Source of the DNA: Pseudomonadota bacterium
Lineage (GTDB): Bacteria; UBA10199; 2-02-FULL-44-16; JAAZCA01
Assembly: GCA_043798915.1 (NCBI GenBank)
Contig: JAZDOG010000005.1
Span: 1 to 30,161, forward strand
DNA: 30,161 nucleotides
Direction of reading: 5' to 3'
The translations under genes and the position numbers were made by a program. Below, piece after piece: positions 7,191 to 16,111 of the stretch; position 1 is the stretch's first letter; every line of letters begins with the position of its first letter. The notes under the pieces were generated by a model. It saw only the letters and a program-made list of their open reading frames with translations, was not told the origin of the DNA and did no database searches.

Positions 7191-10124
7191 CTACTTTTGT
7201 CTGTCCAGCCAGCACAGTCCGTTCAGATGATATGGACATGTGCACTGGCCTTCCGCGCATGGCGGCACAAATTTGCCAAGTTCGAAATCCGACGCGACGA
7301 TCCGCTCGATTATGGCCCCTATGCGCCGCATCCCTTTTTCCCGCCGCTCACCATCGAAGGGCAGGATGTGCGATCGGCCGACGCTCAAAAAATGCAGCCG
7401 CGTCTGATCGATTTTTCCGGCTCCCGCCGCCTCGGCGGCGAGCCCGTAGGCGTCCATCTGGAGGTGATAGGACGCCGCGCGGCGCTCGAGCTGTCCCTCC
7501 GTTATCCTGTCTGTCTTGAAGTCGACGATCTCTTTCTCCGTCCCCGTTTCCTTGAGCCAGTCGATCTTTCCAGTGACGATGTGCGCGCCGAATTTCCAGT
7601 CGAATCTCAGCTCGCGGCGGCCGGAGGCGAGCTCTTTGAACAGCGGGTCCTTCACGAATGTCTCGAGGGGTCCTTTGAGTTCGCTGAGTGTGGCCCTGTC
7701 CGGCGGAACCTGATGCGCGAGGCACTGCTGGCGGAGGACATCCTCGATGCCGCCCTCTTCGCCGGGCGCCAGCGATTCGATCACGCCGTGGATGATCGAC
7801 CCGCGGATGTTGGCGGGTATCCCTCCGCCGCGCTTCGCGAGGATCATCTCCGCTGGCAGGCCCACCTCATATTTGAGATGATACTCCTGCGGGCAGCGGT
7901 CGAACGATTCGAGCTGCGAGACGGTGAAGGTCCGCGAGGCCTTAAGTCGCGCAGCAGCGCGCGCTGCGACTGAGGGTTCTCCGACATACGAGGGTTTCGC
8001 GTGCTCCGGTGCGCCCGCTTCGGCGCCGACAGGCGCAGCGATCTCCAAGATTTCGACGCCTTCGCCGATGAGCGGCTTCATCCACTCGTGCCACCTCCCG
8101 CCCGACTTTTCGCAATCATGCAAGGGAAGGATGAGTCTTTCCATCGCGCGCGTCGTCGCCACATAGAGGAGCCTTCGGTTCTCCGCCTCTTCCTCGGCCC
8201 GGTTCGCATCCATCATCGCCTTGTAGTTCTCGGACGGGATGAGCTGCGAAAACGGGGAGAGGGGGTCGCGCCACTTGAAACCCAGGCCCTTCCCGCGCAC
8301 GAAGACCCACGCCCCGCCGCCTTTCACCGGCCGGCGGACGAGATCGGGCAGGACCACCACCGGAAACTCGAGTCCCTTGGCCGCGTGCACCGTCATGCAT
8401 CGGACGACCTTCGCCGACTCGCCCGCGGCCGGAGGATCGCCCATCCTCGCGCTCTCCTTTCGGAGCGTCGAGATGAAATCGACGAAGGCGGCGAGCGACA
8501 ACGGGGCCTCGCGCTCGAGAGATTGTGCGAGCGTTATCAGCCGGTCGATGTTCGCCTGCCTCCCGCCCGACGGATCGATGCGAGAGCAGAATATCTCGTA
8601 GCCCGTGTCGTCGAGGACCATCGAGAGGATCTCGGATGGGGTGCGGTGAACTCCGGTGCCGTCGAGTCGCGAGAGGAGCGGCGCAGCGCTGGGGTGTCTT
8701 CGGACGGCGCCCTTGAATTTCTTTCCGTCCGGCCCGGCGAGCAGGGCGCATTCGTCGTCCGACAGGCCGATGAGCGGGGAGCGCACGAGCGCCAGGAGCG
8801 CGGTGTCGTTTTTCGGGTCGGCGGCATACGCGAGTGAAGCCAGGAGGTCGGTCACCTCCGGGCGTTCGAGCAGGTGGCGTCCGCCGAAGACGCGGAATGG
8901 TATGCCGTGCCTGCGGAACGCCGCTTCGTATTCCTCGGTGGCGGTGATCGCCTGGAAGAGGCACGCGATATCGCCGAATGCGAACGCGCCGTTTTCGACG
9001 AGGACTCCGATGTGACGGGTGATCGCCTCCGCCTCTGCCGCGCGCTGCTCTCCGACCTTTGCGTCGTCGCCGGTCCGGCACAGGAGCGCGGTGACTGCCG
9101 GCGCTCTCTCTTTCTCGCGCGCCGCCACGAGCTCCGTTCCTCCCTTGAGCGTCCTGGAAAAGCGGTTGACGAAGCCCAGTATCCCCGGCCTCGAGCGAAA
9201 ATTGTCCGAGAGATCGACGGTGCGGCCGCCCGAGCTGCGTATCAGCTCCTCGGTATCCATGAAGCAGGAGACGTTTGCGCCGCGGAAGCGATAGATCGAC
9301 TGGCGCGGATCGCCCACGATGAAGAGCCGGTTGACGGACGGATCGTGGAGGAGCGCGACCATCTTCGCCTGTATGTCGTTCGTGTCCTGATATTCGTCCA
9401 CGAGGATGTGCCTGAACCGCCTGCGGCAGGAGGCGAGGATGTCCGCGTTCGTCTCAAGGAGGCCCAGCGTGCGGATCTCGAGCTCCTGGAAATCCGCGGC
9501 GCCCATCCGGGCGAGCCTGCTCAAGAGGTCATCCTTTGCGGCGCGGTAACAGCGGGCCGCGGCATCCAGGAGTCTCTTTTCTCGTTCCTCACCGGGCCGC
9601 GGCATTTCGAATATCCGGTCGGCGTGCCAGCGAAAGCCCATCAGGTCCTCGATGAGGCCGGTGGCGTTAGGATATTCGAGTTCCTCGACCAGATGCGCCG
9701 CATGTTCGTCGCCGCCGTCGAGGAGCGCGAGGAACGACTCCTCGACCGAGCGCCGGGCGAGCAGCCGAGCGCCGTTCTCGTCGAGTATGCGGAAGGCCGG
9801 GTTTAATCCGGCAGCCGGGGCGCTCCCGCGCAGCACCCTTGCGCAGAAGGCGTGAAAGGTGCCGATCCATGCGCCGGCGAGCCTGGGCAGAAGGTTGGGC
9901 GGGAGCAGGGGCTTGAGTTTTGCCGAGAGCTCCGCGGCCGCCTTCTCGGTGAAGGTGATGGCCAGCAGCCGCTCGAGCCCGGCAGGCGTTTCCTCGACGA
10001 TCCTCATGCAGCGCTCGACGAGGACGAGCGTCTTGCCGGATCCGGCGCCTGCGATCACGGCCATCGAATCTCCGATCGACTCGATGGCGTCGTGCTGCGA
10101 ATTTGTCAGCTTGTCCCGATCCAT
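7191..10124 (-). CDS. addA: UvrD-type helicase-nuclease, AddA-like
   Basis: AGAGSGKT, AITFTEKAA, VDEYQDTN, VGDPRQSIYRFRGA, TVHAAKGLEF, LLYVATTRA and C-terminal GKIDWL..IVDFKT nuclease; start moved to MDRDKL (10124). Confidence 0.85.
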   Translation of the reverse strand: MDRDKLTNSQHDAIESIGDSMAVIAGAGSGKTLVLVERCMRIVEETPAGLERLLAITFTEKAAAELSAKLKPLLPPNLLPRLAGAWIGTFHAFCARVLRGSAPAAGLNPAFRILDENGARLLARRSVEESFLALLDGGDEHAAHLVEELEYPNATGLIEDLMGFRWHADRIFEMPRPGEEREKRLLDAAARCYRAAKDDLLSRLARMGAADFQELEIRTLGLLETNADILASCRRRFRHILVDEYQDTNDIQAKMVALLHDPSVNRLFIVGDPRQSIYRFRGANVSCFMDTEELIRSSGGRTVDLSDNFRSRPGILGFVNRFSRTLKGGTELVAAREKERAPAVTALLCRTGDDAKVGEQRAAEAEAITRHIGVLVENGAFAFGDIACLFQAITATEEYEAAFRRHGIPFRVFGGRHLLERPEVTDLLASLAYAADPKNDTALLALVRSPLIGLSDDECALLAGPDGKKFKGAVRRHPSAAPLLSRLDGTGVHRTPSEILSMVLDDTGYEIFCSRIDPSGGRQANIDRLITLAQSLEREAPLSLAAFVDFISTLRKESARMGDPPAAGESAKVVRCMTVHAAKGLEFPVVVLPDLVRRPVKGGGAWVFVRGKGLGFKWRDPLSPFSQLIPSENYKAMMDANRAEEEAENRRLLYVATTRAMERLILPLHDCEKSGGRWHEWMKPLIGEGVEILEIAAPVGAEAGAPEHAKPSYVGEPSVAARAAARLKASRTFTVSQLESFDRCPQEYHLKYEVGLPAEMILAKRGGGIPANIRGSIIHGVIESLAPGEEGGIEDVLRQQCLAHQVPPDRATLSELKGPLETFVKDPLFKELASGRRELRFDWKFGAHIVTGKIDWLKETGTEKEIVDFKTDRITEGQLERRAASYHLQMDAYGLAAEAAGAGKIDQTRLHFLSVGRSHILPFDGERREKGMRRIGAIIERIVASDFELGKFVPPCAEGQCTCPYHLNGLCWLDRQK

Positions 10125-10129
10125 AGTTT

Positions 10130-12877
10130 CTAGTTCTTCCTCCTGCACACATCGCCTAATTTGCAGTGACGCGGGCAGTCCTCTTCGGTTGTCGCGAATT
10201 TCCCCTCGCGGATCGCGGCGACGTACGCGCCGGTGTGCCGGATGGCCGCGTCGAGGATCTCGTTCCATTCATCGTCCTTGAGTATCGCATGCGATCTCTT
10301 GCTTATGGAATAATGGACGTCGTTGAAATCTTTTTTCAGGAAGCCGTGCTTCTTTTCGGCCGTCATCACGGCGAGCAGCACTCCGCCCAGCGGGACGGAG
10401 GAGGGGATGAGGAGGCGGCGCACCGCCTCGACGTAGATCGGCAGCTGGAGATGCTGCCCCCGCTCCAGATCCTTGCGGATGCTCTCGACCCTGCGGCCTG
10501 TCTTGTAGTCGACGATGAGGAAGCGCTTCGAGTCGGAGGTCAGGTCGATGCGGTCGATGCGACCCTGGAGAAGCGCCGGTTCCCCGCCATCCACAGGTAT
10601 CTTCAGCGCCGTGTCCGCGTTTTCCCCGAAGGCCCACTCGCAGCGGGAGGGGAAGAGCGGCTCCGGCAGCTCCCTCGCCTCGGAGAGCTCCGCTTCGATC
10701 ACACGGTGCACGACCTTCCTTATGCTGCGCTTCTCGAACGGGTGGAGCACCGCGGACGACTCGGCGATGAGCGAGGCGTGCTCGCGGAATGCATCGTCCG
10801 CGAGGCGCTCCACGAGCGCATCGAGCTCGCTGTCGGCTGCGCGATTTGCGACAGTGCGCCTGAAGAGATCGGAGTGGTCGCGATAGAATCTCTCGAGGAC
10901 GGTGTGGATGATCGTCCCGCGGTCCTTGGGTTTGATCTCGCGCGTCACATCCTCCGGGGCGGCCAGCCCCAGCACCGATTCGACGAAGAACATGAATGGG
11001 CACTCCGCATACCTCTGAAGGCGCGATGCGGAGAGCCTTGCCTCTGTGTAGCGGCGCCTGACCGTCGCGCGCGCCGTCTCGCCGATGATCCGGCCGTGAT
11101 ATTCCGGGTGTGAGCATTGGCCGGAGAGCCTCTCCTCCTCGATGGCCAGATGGTGAGCCATCCTGGATTCGAATTCGGGATATTCCTCCGCGAGCGCCGC
11201 TGGTATCTTCGCCGACACGGCGACGGGCGCACCCATGCCAGCGATGAAGCTCGAGGGCATCGTCTCGCTGCCGGATTCGTTTACCGCCGGCCAGGTGATG
11301 ATCGCCTCGCGGCACACCTTCGAGAGCCATGTGTGAAAGATGAAGGCGCTGCGCGCGAGCTCGATCTCGGCGGACGGAAAGACCGCGTCGAGCAGGCGAT
11401 TTGGCGATGGACCGATTTCGTCGGCCTCCGCGAAGAATATCCTCTCCCTCATCCTCGACGGATAGAGGCCGTCGATCATCTCCGGCATGAGGAGCCGCTC
11501 CATCGGGCGGGACGCGCCGCATCCGAACGGGACGATGCGGAGCGGAAACGGCGTTGCGACGGAGATGCCCGGCGGCACATCCTCATCGAGCAGGCCGTCC
11601 ACGAGTTCCAGAAACGACTCGCGCGATATCTCGCCGATCTTCAGGAAGCCGGCGCTCGTGGCGGCGGAGTGCAGCGCGGCGTCGAGCGAGACGAGAGTGG
11701 CGAAGCTGCGCGACGCCTCTCCCCGCTCCTGCGGATGAGGGAGGCTTGTCTCCCACCCGGCCGCTGGCCCGATCTTTCTGAGCTCGGCCATCGTGTGATC
11801 CGCAAACTCGGCGAGTGTGGCGCGGCGGGGGAGCGTCCCCGCAAGCGGACCCTCGAGGAGCCAGGCGAGCACGGGGGCCCGAATGGTGTGCGGGGAGCGG
11901 GCGATCAGCATCTCCCTGTCTCGCCGCCTGATCTCGGTGAGCAGCTGATTTGCTACTGAGGTGCCTTTGGGATAGCAGAGCACGGTCTCGACGGGTTCGT
12001 CGTTGGGCGATCCCTCGAGCTCGTCCGCGAGGAAGCGAATCTCCTGAAGGGGTGAGCGCACTGTGAGCACGTTGATCGTGGCCTCATGCGGTGCGATCGC
12101 GCTGAACTTCTCGTGGTCGTCGGCGATCTTGAGAAACGCGGCGATCGAATCGTCAGCAACTTTTGCGAAGAGGCGCTCCGGCTCATCGGCCGATGGGAGC
12201 GAGAATATAATCTCGGTTTTTGGCGCCGCGCCCTTGAGGAGGCTTGCGATCTCCACGACTCCGGGCTCCGGCGCGAAGAACTCGTCGAAGACGATTGCCG
12301 ACGCACCCTCGATCGCGGTGGCGTTGCCTCCCAAGAGCCTCGCGGCTGCGATCGAGTAGAGCGAACCGTGGTCCTGGACCCCAAGCTGCGCAAGCTCCTC
12401 TTCATAGCTTTCGAAGAGAACTAGGAGATCGTGCTCCTTGAGCGTCCCGCGCGTCTCGAGCATCGGGCGGAGCTTCGCCGGGGTTATGAGGTTTCGCTTG
12501 AGGGTGGCGATCGTCTCGGCCGCCTCGCGCGCGATGCCGAGCGATATCCCCTCCTTGCGGAAGTAGCGGAGCTTCTGCTTCGAGAGGAGGCGAAGGCAGA
12601 GGAGCGCCTGCTCGTGCGGCGCAAGGATCGCTTCGCGGGCGTCCGCGAGCACCCGCACGAATGCGGAGAAACTCAAAAAGATGTCGCCGATGATTGCCGA
12701 TGGCTGGCTCTCGGTCCCTTCGCCTTCGGAGAGAAACGACCTTCTGAGTTCCGAGGCAGTCCACTCGTTCGGAACGATGCAGAATGCCGGGCCGGCTTCA
12801 AGCGCGCTTCGGAGAGCCGCCAAAAGGTGTGAGGTCTTGCCGGAGCCCACCGGCCCCGTGATGAGCTTCAAGGGCAT
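10130..12877 (-). CDS. addB: AddB-like PD-(D/E)XK nuclease subunit with Fe-S cysteines
   Basis: N-terminal GPVGSGKT; LSASRLQRYAECPF; GRIDRID..IVDYKTG; LQLPIY; C-terminal CPRHCKLGDVC; directly upstream of the addA-like gene. Confidence 0.82.
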   Translation of the reverse strand: MPLKLITGPVGSGKTSHLLAALRSALEAGPAFCIVPNEWTASELRRSFLSEGEGTESQPSAIIGDIFLSFSAFVRVLADAREAILAPHEQALLCLRLLSKQKLRYFRKEGISLGIAREAAETIATLKRNLITPAKLRPMLETRGTLKEHDLLVLFESYEEELAQLGVQDHGSLYSIAAARLLGGNATAIEGASAIVFDEFFAPEPGVVEIASLLKGAAPKTEIIFSLPSADEPERLFAKVADDSIAAFLKIADDHEKFSAIAPHEATINVLTVRSPLQEIRFLADELEGSPNDEPVETVLCYPKGTSVANQLLTEIRRRDREMLIARSPHTIRAPVLAWLLEGPLAGTLPRRATLAEFADHTMAELRKIGPAAGWETSLPHPQERGEASRSFATLVSLDAALHSAATSAGFLKIGEISRESFLELVDGLLDEDVPPGISVATPFPLRIVPFGCGASRPMERLLMPEMIDGLYPSRMRERIFFAEADEIGPSPNRLLDAVFPSAEIELARSAFIFHTWLSKVCREAIITWPAVNESGSETMPSSFIAGMGAPVAVSAKIPAALAEEYPEFESRMAHHLAIEEERLSGQCSHPEYHGRIIGETARATVRRRYTEARLSASRLQRYAECPFMFFVESVLGLAAPEDVTREIKPKDRGTIIHTVLERFYRDHSDLFRRTVANRAADSELDALVERLADDAFREHASLIAESSAVLHPFEKRSIRKVVHRVIEAELSEARELPEPLFPSRCEWAFGENADTALKIPVDGGEPALLQGRIDRIDLTSDSKRFLIVDYKTGRRVESIRKDLERGQHLQLPIYVEAVRRLLIPSSVPLGGVLLAVMTAEKKHGFLKKDFNDVHYSISKRSHAILKDDEWNEILDAAIRHTGAYVAAIREGKFATTEEDCPRHCKLGDVCRRKN

Positions 12878-12938
12878 GGCCCATTCATGGCAGGGGAGTG
12901 CGATGCGGTCAAGGGGATGATATTCCGTGGCAAATGGT

Positions 12939-13382
12939 TCAGGCGGCTCTGTGATGATCGATTACATCGATGGCGAACACAGCGTTATCCCCGCTCATTG
13001 CCGCCACAAAGTCCTGGACCTTCGAGAGGCTCGGAAGGCTCCGCGCCTGTTCGTATTGAGCATAGGCGTGCCTCGTAATCTTAAGACGGCTCGCCACCTG
13101 GCTGAGGCTCAAGCCGTATTTCGCACGCTGCCGTCTCAGAAGAAAGGCCATCAGATATTTGTCGCACTCGTTTTTTTTCGCCCGCAGCACAAACCGGTCG
13201 CCCGTCATCGGAACGACTTCGACCGCGAATCCCTTGCGGTCCACGAGAAGCTCCACGGCTTCCTTGATCATGGAGTAGGCATCCTTCCGCGTCCGGCCCT
13301 GAGTGAAGACATCCAGAGCGGGAACCCCGACAGGCCAATAGCGACCTTCCTTAAAAAGATACCCTTCGAAATTGACGCACAT
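12939..13382 (-). CDS. hicB: HicB-family antitoxin with C-terminal XRE HTH
   Basis: VPALDVFTQGRTRKDAYSMIKEAVEL (HicB) plus LSLSQVASRLKITRHAYAQYE (HTH); SD GGGAGG before ATG 13382. Confidence 0.8.
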   Translation of the reverse strand: MCVNFEGYLFKEGRYWPVGVPALDVFTQGRTRKDAYSMIKEAVELLVDRKGFAVEVVPMTGDRFVLRAKKNECDKYLMAFLLRRQRAKYGLSLSQVASRLKITRHAYAQYEQARSLPSLSKVQDFVAAMSGDNAVFAIDVIDHHRAA

Positions 13383-13401
13383 CCGAACCTCCCTTGCCTT
13401 C

Positions 13402-13593
13402 TTATCCCATTCTCGGACCAGGGTTGAGCGCAGCCGTCCGAAGGATTCGCTTAGCCGTGAACTCGACGACCTCGGCATGCCGCGGAACGGCAAGAAATGT
13501 CTCGCCGTTGGTCCATAGTTCGTGGTTGCCGCCCTGCCGAAGGAACCGCCACCCCAGCTCCGACAATCGCCTGGAAAGCTCACGTCGTTTCAT
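13402..13593 (-). CDS. hicA: HicA-family mRNA interferase toxin
   Basis: 63 aa; MKRRELSRRLSELGW..RQGGNHELW..VPRH..TAKRIL. Confidence 0.88.
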   Translation of the reverse strand: MKRRELSRRLSELGWRFLRQGGNHELWTNGETFLAVPRHAEVVEFTAKRILRTAALNPGPRMG

Positions 13594-13598
13594 AGAGG

Positions 13599-13627
13599 AT
13601 TGTATATTGATTTATACCCACGCGCAA
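13599..13627 (-). promoter_or_regulatory. Sigma-70 promoter of hicAB with palindromic operator
   Basis: Minus strand TTGCGC-N17-TACAAT, ATG 5 nt downstream; GTATA-N6-TATAC inverted repeat in the spacer. Confidence 0.7.
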
Positions 13628-13660
13628 GAAAATATTCGCGCATATTTATGGACCTCAGCC

Positions 13661-13736
13661 GTGGAATCTTGAGGTTCCAATTTGGCACCTCAAGTTTTCG
13701 AGCTTGATTTAAGCAAGAGTGATGCCAACACCGACG
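13661..13736 (-). repeat. Module A copy 1: 27-bp quasi-palindrome plus sigma-54 motif
   Basis: CTTGAGGTTCCAATTTGGCACCTCAAG (13668-13694); minus-strand TTGGCATCACTCTTGCT (13712-13728). Confidence 0.8.
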
Positions 13737-13789
13737 GCGCGGTTCCCCTCCGCATGTCCTGCAACAGACAACTCCCTGGCTGGAGGTGA

Positions 13790-13925
13790 TATGGTCACGC
13801 CCTGCTCGGTAAACGCGTAAGGCAGAGCTCGTCGAGGACCGCCCCAACTTGAAATCACAAATTGTGATTTCAAGTTGTCGAATTCTTCCTGCGTCAATTG
13901 GAACATAAAGTTATCCGAGAATTTA
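13790..13925 (-). pseudogene. ORF6N-domain gene fragment
   Basis: [34 protein letters not shown] is the ORF6N core; both ends are missing. Confidence 0.8.
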
Positions 13926-14007
13926 GCGTTTAAGCAAGCAACCACATGATATTTCATTGTGTTTGCTGATATCAGAGTGATTATAGCGTTTTGCCTTTAA
14001 GCAAGAA

Positions 14008-14235
14008 TCAGGCCCAGCTTGGGACATAGCTTCGATAGCGGGTGGATGTTTGATTTGGATCGGCCACCTTGGTTTTCCCGAAATCAAGAGCTGAACTGAT
14101 GGTCTGAGAGACAATGACGGATTTCTCCACCATTATGGAAGCGCCCGTGATCCGGAAGTCCTGATGTATTAGCGCATTGGCCACGAGTTCGCGGATAACG
14201 ATTTCGGGCACAAGTTTCACTTCCTTGCGCAGGGA
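14008..14235 (-). pseudogene. Internally deleted remnant of a paralogue of the adjacent AlbA_2/ATP-binding gene
   Basis: PEIVIRELVANALIHQDFRITG...SYVPSWA* matches PEIAVRELVANALIHQDFSISG...SYVPFWA* of 14339-15787. Confidence 0.8.
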
Positions 14236-14338
14236 ACAAGGGGACGAAGGCTGGCTGGTGTCACATATACAACCCATTGATATTTAAGCATATGTCGTCA
14301 TATTTGCCTTAATAACCAGGTTTTGGATGACATAAACT

Positions 14339-15787
14339 TCACGCCCAGAAAGGCACGTAGCTGGCAGCCCGCCGTGTTCCGCTATGAAGTCGAATCAGTT
14401 TGGCGTTGATGGTTTCGTTGATAATTTTGGTGGCGACTGTGTAGCTGGATTCCTTGATGCCCATACGCCTGCGCAAAGAAGCATTGGACATTCGTCTGCC
14501 TGACACAAATTGCAAACACGCGTGTTGATAACATGCACGCACCCTCTCTTCTCGATCCATTTGTTCAAATTGCCGTGGACCATAAAGAACAGCAATTGTG
14601 CTCTCACCTGCAATACGAAAATCCGGCGCGGGCAACTGGAATATTTCGACTTGAAAGATGACCTTGTCGATGCCGCTGCCGCGCTCTTCACAGACATTCA
14701 TCCTGCGCATCAAGGCGGCAAGTGTTTCGTTGCGGGAGCGCGGCGGTTCATCGATGAAACGAAGCGTGTCGATGAGAGGAACGCCCGGATTTGATATTTC
14801 CATCCGATCTTCGAATATTTCCACCATCGGGCCCGCCCCGCTTATGCTGAAGTCCTGATGGATAAGTGCATTGGCGACAAGCTCTCTGACGGCTATCTCC
14901 GGGTACATGCGAACTTCGCTTCGCAGTGCCTGGCCGATCTGTTCGTTATGAGGGAGCTGGTCGTTGATGTAATCGATGGCACCTTCAAAACCAATGGCGT
15001 AGCCCTTGCCCCCCGTCTGTTCCTTGATGGTTTCGACGCGGCTGGCTCCGCGGTACATGATGACGCGAAGGGCCTTTCGGGCCAGCCGATAAAAATTTTT
15101 CAGGTCATCGGCAAAGAGTATTGCGCCTATATTGCTGATGCTGAATTTGTTTCCTGGCGCTGACAGGATAATTTTTTCAGCGAGCAAGCGCTCTATGATG
15201 GATTGGCGATTATCCGGCAAGGGCTGATTCATGAGCCGGAAGTAATTTGGGTAGTCAAGGAGCCGCAATACATCGTCCGATGCCGCGCCATCCAGAGCGA
15301 TGCCTTTTTCAAAAGAGGTGCGTTCAAACATGCGCCAGAGCCCGCGTTCTTTTTCCGGATGATCGTGCAACTTCTTCTTATAGCTTCCGATGCGGATATA
15401 TTCGGTCCCCTTGAAGCGCACTGGCCTGTAAGTGGCGGGCTGAACCTCAAAGAGGACCACAGCTTTATCGTCCACCGTTCCCTCGTAAAATCGGACATCG
15501 ACGCGCGGATCAAGGTGGACGAGAAGCCAATTTTCAAACGTCTCATTCCCTATCTTCAGTTCGCGCGGATGAAAAGCAGTGCCGACGATCTGTTGGGTCT
15601 TGTCATCCACACCCCAGAGAACATAAGCGCACAGTTTTCCATGCAGAGCGGCGGAGTTTGCGAGTGCCGAGACATATTCTCCGATCTCATCGGGGATGGC
15701 CTTATTGTGCTTGAATTCAACCCACTCCGTTTCGCTGGGAAGAGCGACGAGTTCACGTACGAGACTTTGCAACCGGGATGGTTCCAT
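14339..15787 (-). CDS. AlbA_2 (Schlafen-like) domain + RecG-C/HATPase_c_4-like ATP-binding domain + wHTH
   Basis: ETEWVEFK..SALANS..WGVDD; RELVANALIHQD, SNPG, RNETLA, ERGSGIDK; SD AGGAGA before ATG 15787. Confidence 0.8.
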   Translation of the reverse strand: MEPSRLQSLVRELVALPSETEWVEFKHNKAIPDEIGEYVSALANSAALHGKLCAYVLWGVDDKTQQIVGTAFHPRELKIGNETFENWLLVHLDPRVDVRFYEGTVDDKAVVLFEVQPATYRPVRFKGTEYIRIGSYKKKLHDHPEKERGLWRMFERTSFEKGIALDGAASDDVLRLLDYPNYFRLMNQPLPDNRQSIIERLLAEKIILSAPGNKFSISNIGAILFADDLKNFYRLARKALRVIMYRGASRVETIKEQTGGKGYAIGFEGAIDYINDQLPHNEQIGQALRSEVRMYPEIAVRELVANALIHQDFSISGAGPMVEIFEDRMEISNPGVPLIDTLRFIDEPPRSRNETLAALMRRMNVCEERGSGIDKVIFQVEIFQLPAPDFRIAGESTIAVLYGPRQFEQMDREERVRACYQHACLQFVSGRRMSNASLRRRMGIKESSYTVATKIINETINAKLIRLHSGTRRAASYVPFWA

Positions 15788-15798
15788 CAATGAATCTC

Positions 15799-15990
15799 CT
15801 TGAGGTTCCAATCTGGCACCTCACGTTTCCGGGTTTGATTAAAGCAAGAGTGATGCCAACCCAGACGGGGGTCATAGATAATAAATAAATCCAACGATAA
15901 TGAGGAGTTGTACTAAATCATCATTGGCAGGGATTTCCTGTTGGCTGCATCGTTTCGATGCAGCCTGCATTAAAAATGGGCAGCGGGCGG
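15799..15990 (-). promoter_or_regulatory. Module A+B copy 2: sigma-54 promoter with tandem NtrC-like enhancer boxes
   Basis: TTGGCATCACTCTTGCT (15843-15859, minus); TGCATCGTTTCGATGCA (15946-15962); TGCATTAAAAATGGGCA (15966-15982). Confidence 0.75.
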
Positions 15991-16001
15991 TATTGGCTCG
16001 G

Positions 16002-16034
16002 GCCCCGATCATTCTCCAACCCTCAGGTGTCCGC
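16002..16034. repeat. Isolated 33-bp core of repeat C
   Basis: GCCCCGATCATTCTCCAACCCTCAGGTGTCCGC is identical at 17868, 19186 and 20887. Confidence 0.9.
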
Positions 16035-16111
16035 AAAACCGTGCTTTGCGCCGATGTCAGGGCATACCCGCCCGCAGGCTTTCTTCACCCCTGGGGAGAA
16101 CATCCCCTTTT

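Noticed and set aside
7191..10268. ORF-track N-terminal extensions (addA to 10268; likewise SPFH to 26085, hicB to 13583, dksA from 4114, DUF1016 to 27014)
   Set aside because: The extensions overlap other genes or promoters and read as non-protein-like; internal starts fit better.
678..12832. Many long antisense or alternate-frame ORFs (e.g. 678-1691, 4845-5852, 10269-11522)
   Set aside because: Shadow ORFs expected from high-GC codon usage; no recognisable motifs.
13997..14016. Additional sigma-54-like GG-N10-GC (GGCCTGATTCTTGCT, minus strand)
   Set aside because: Poor -24 element, overlaps the stop of a gene remnant, and has no enhancer boxes.
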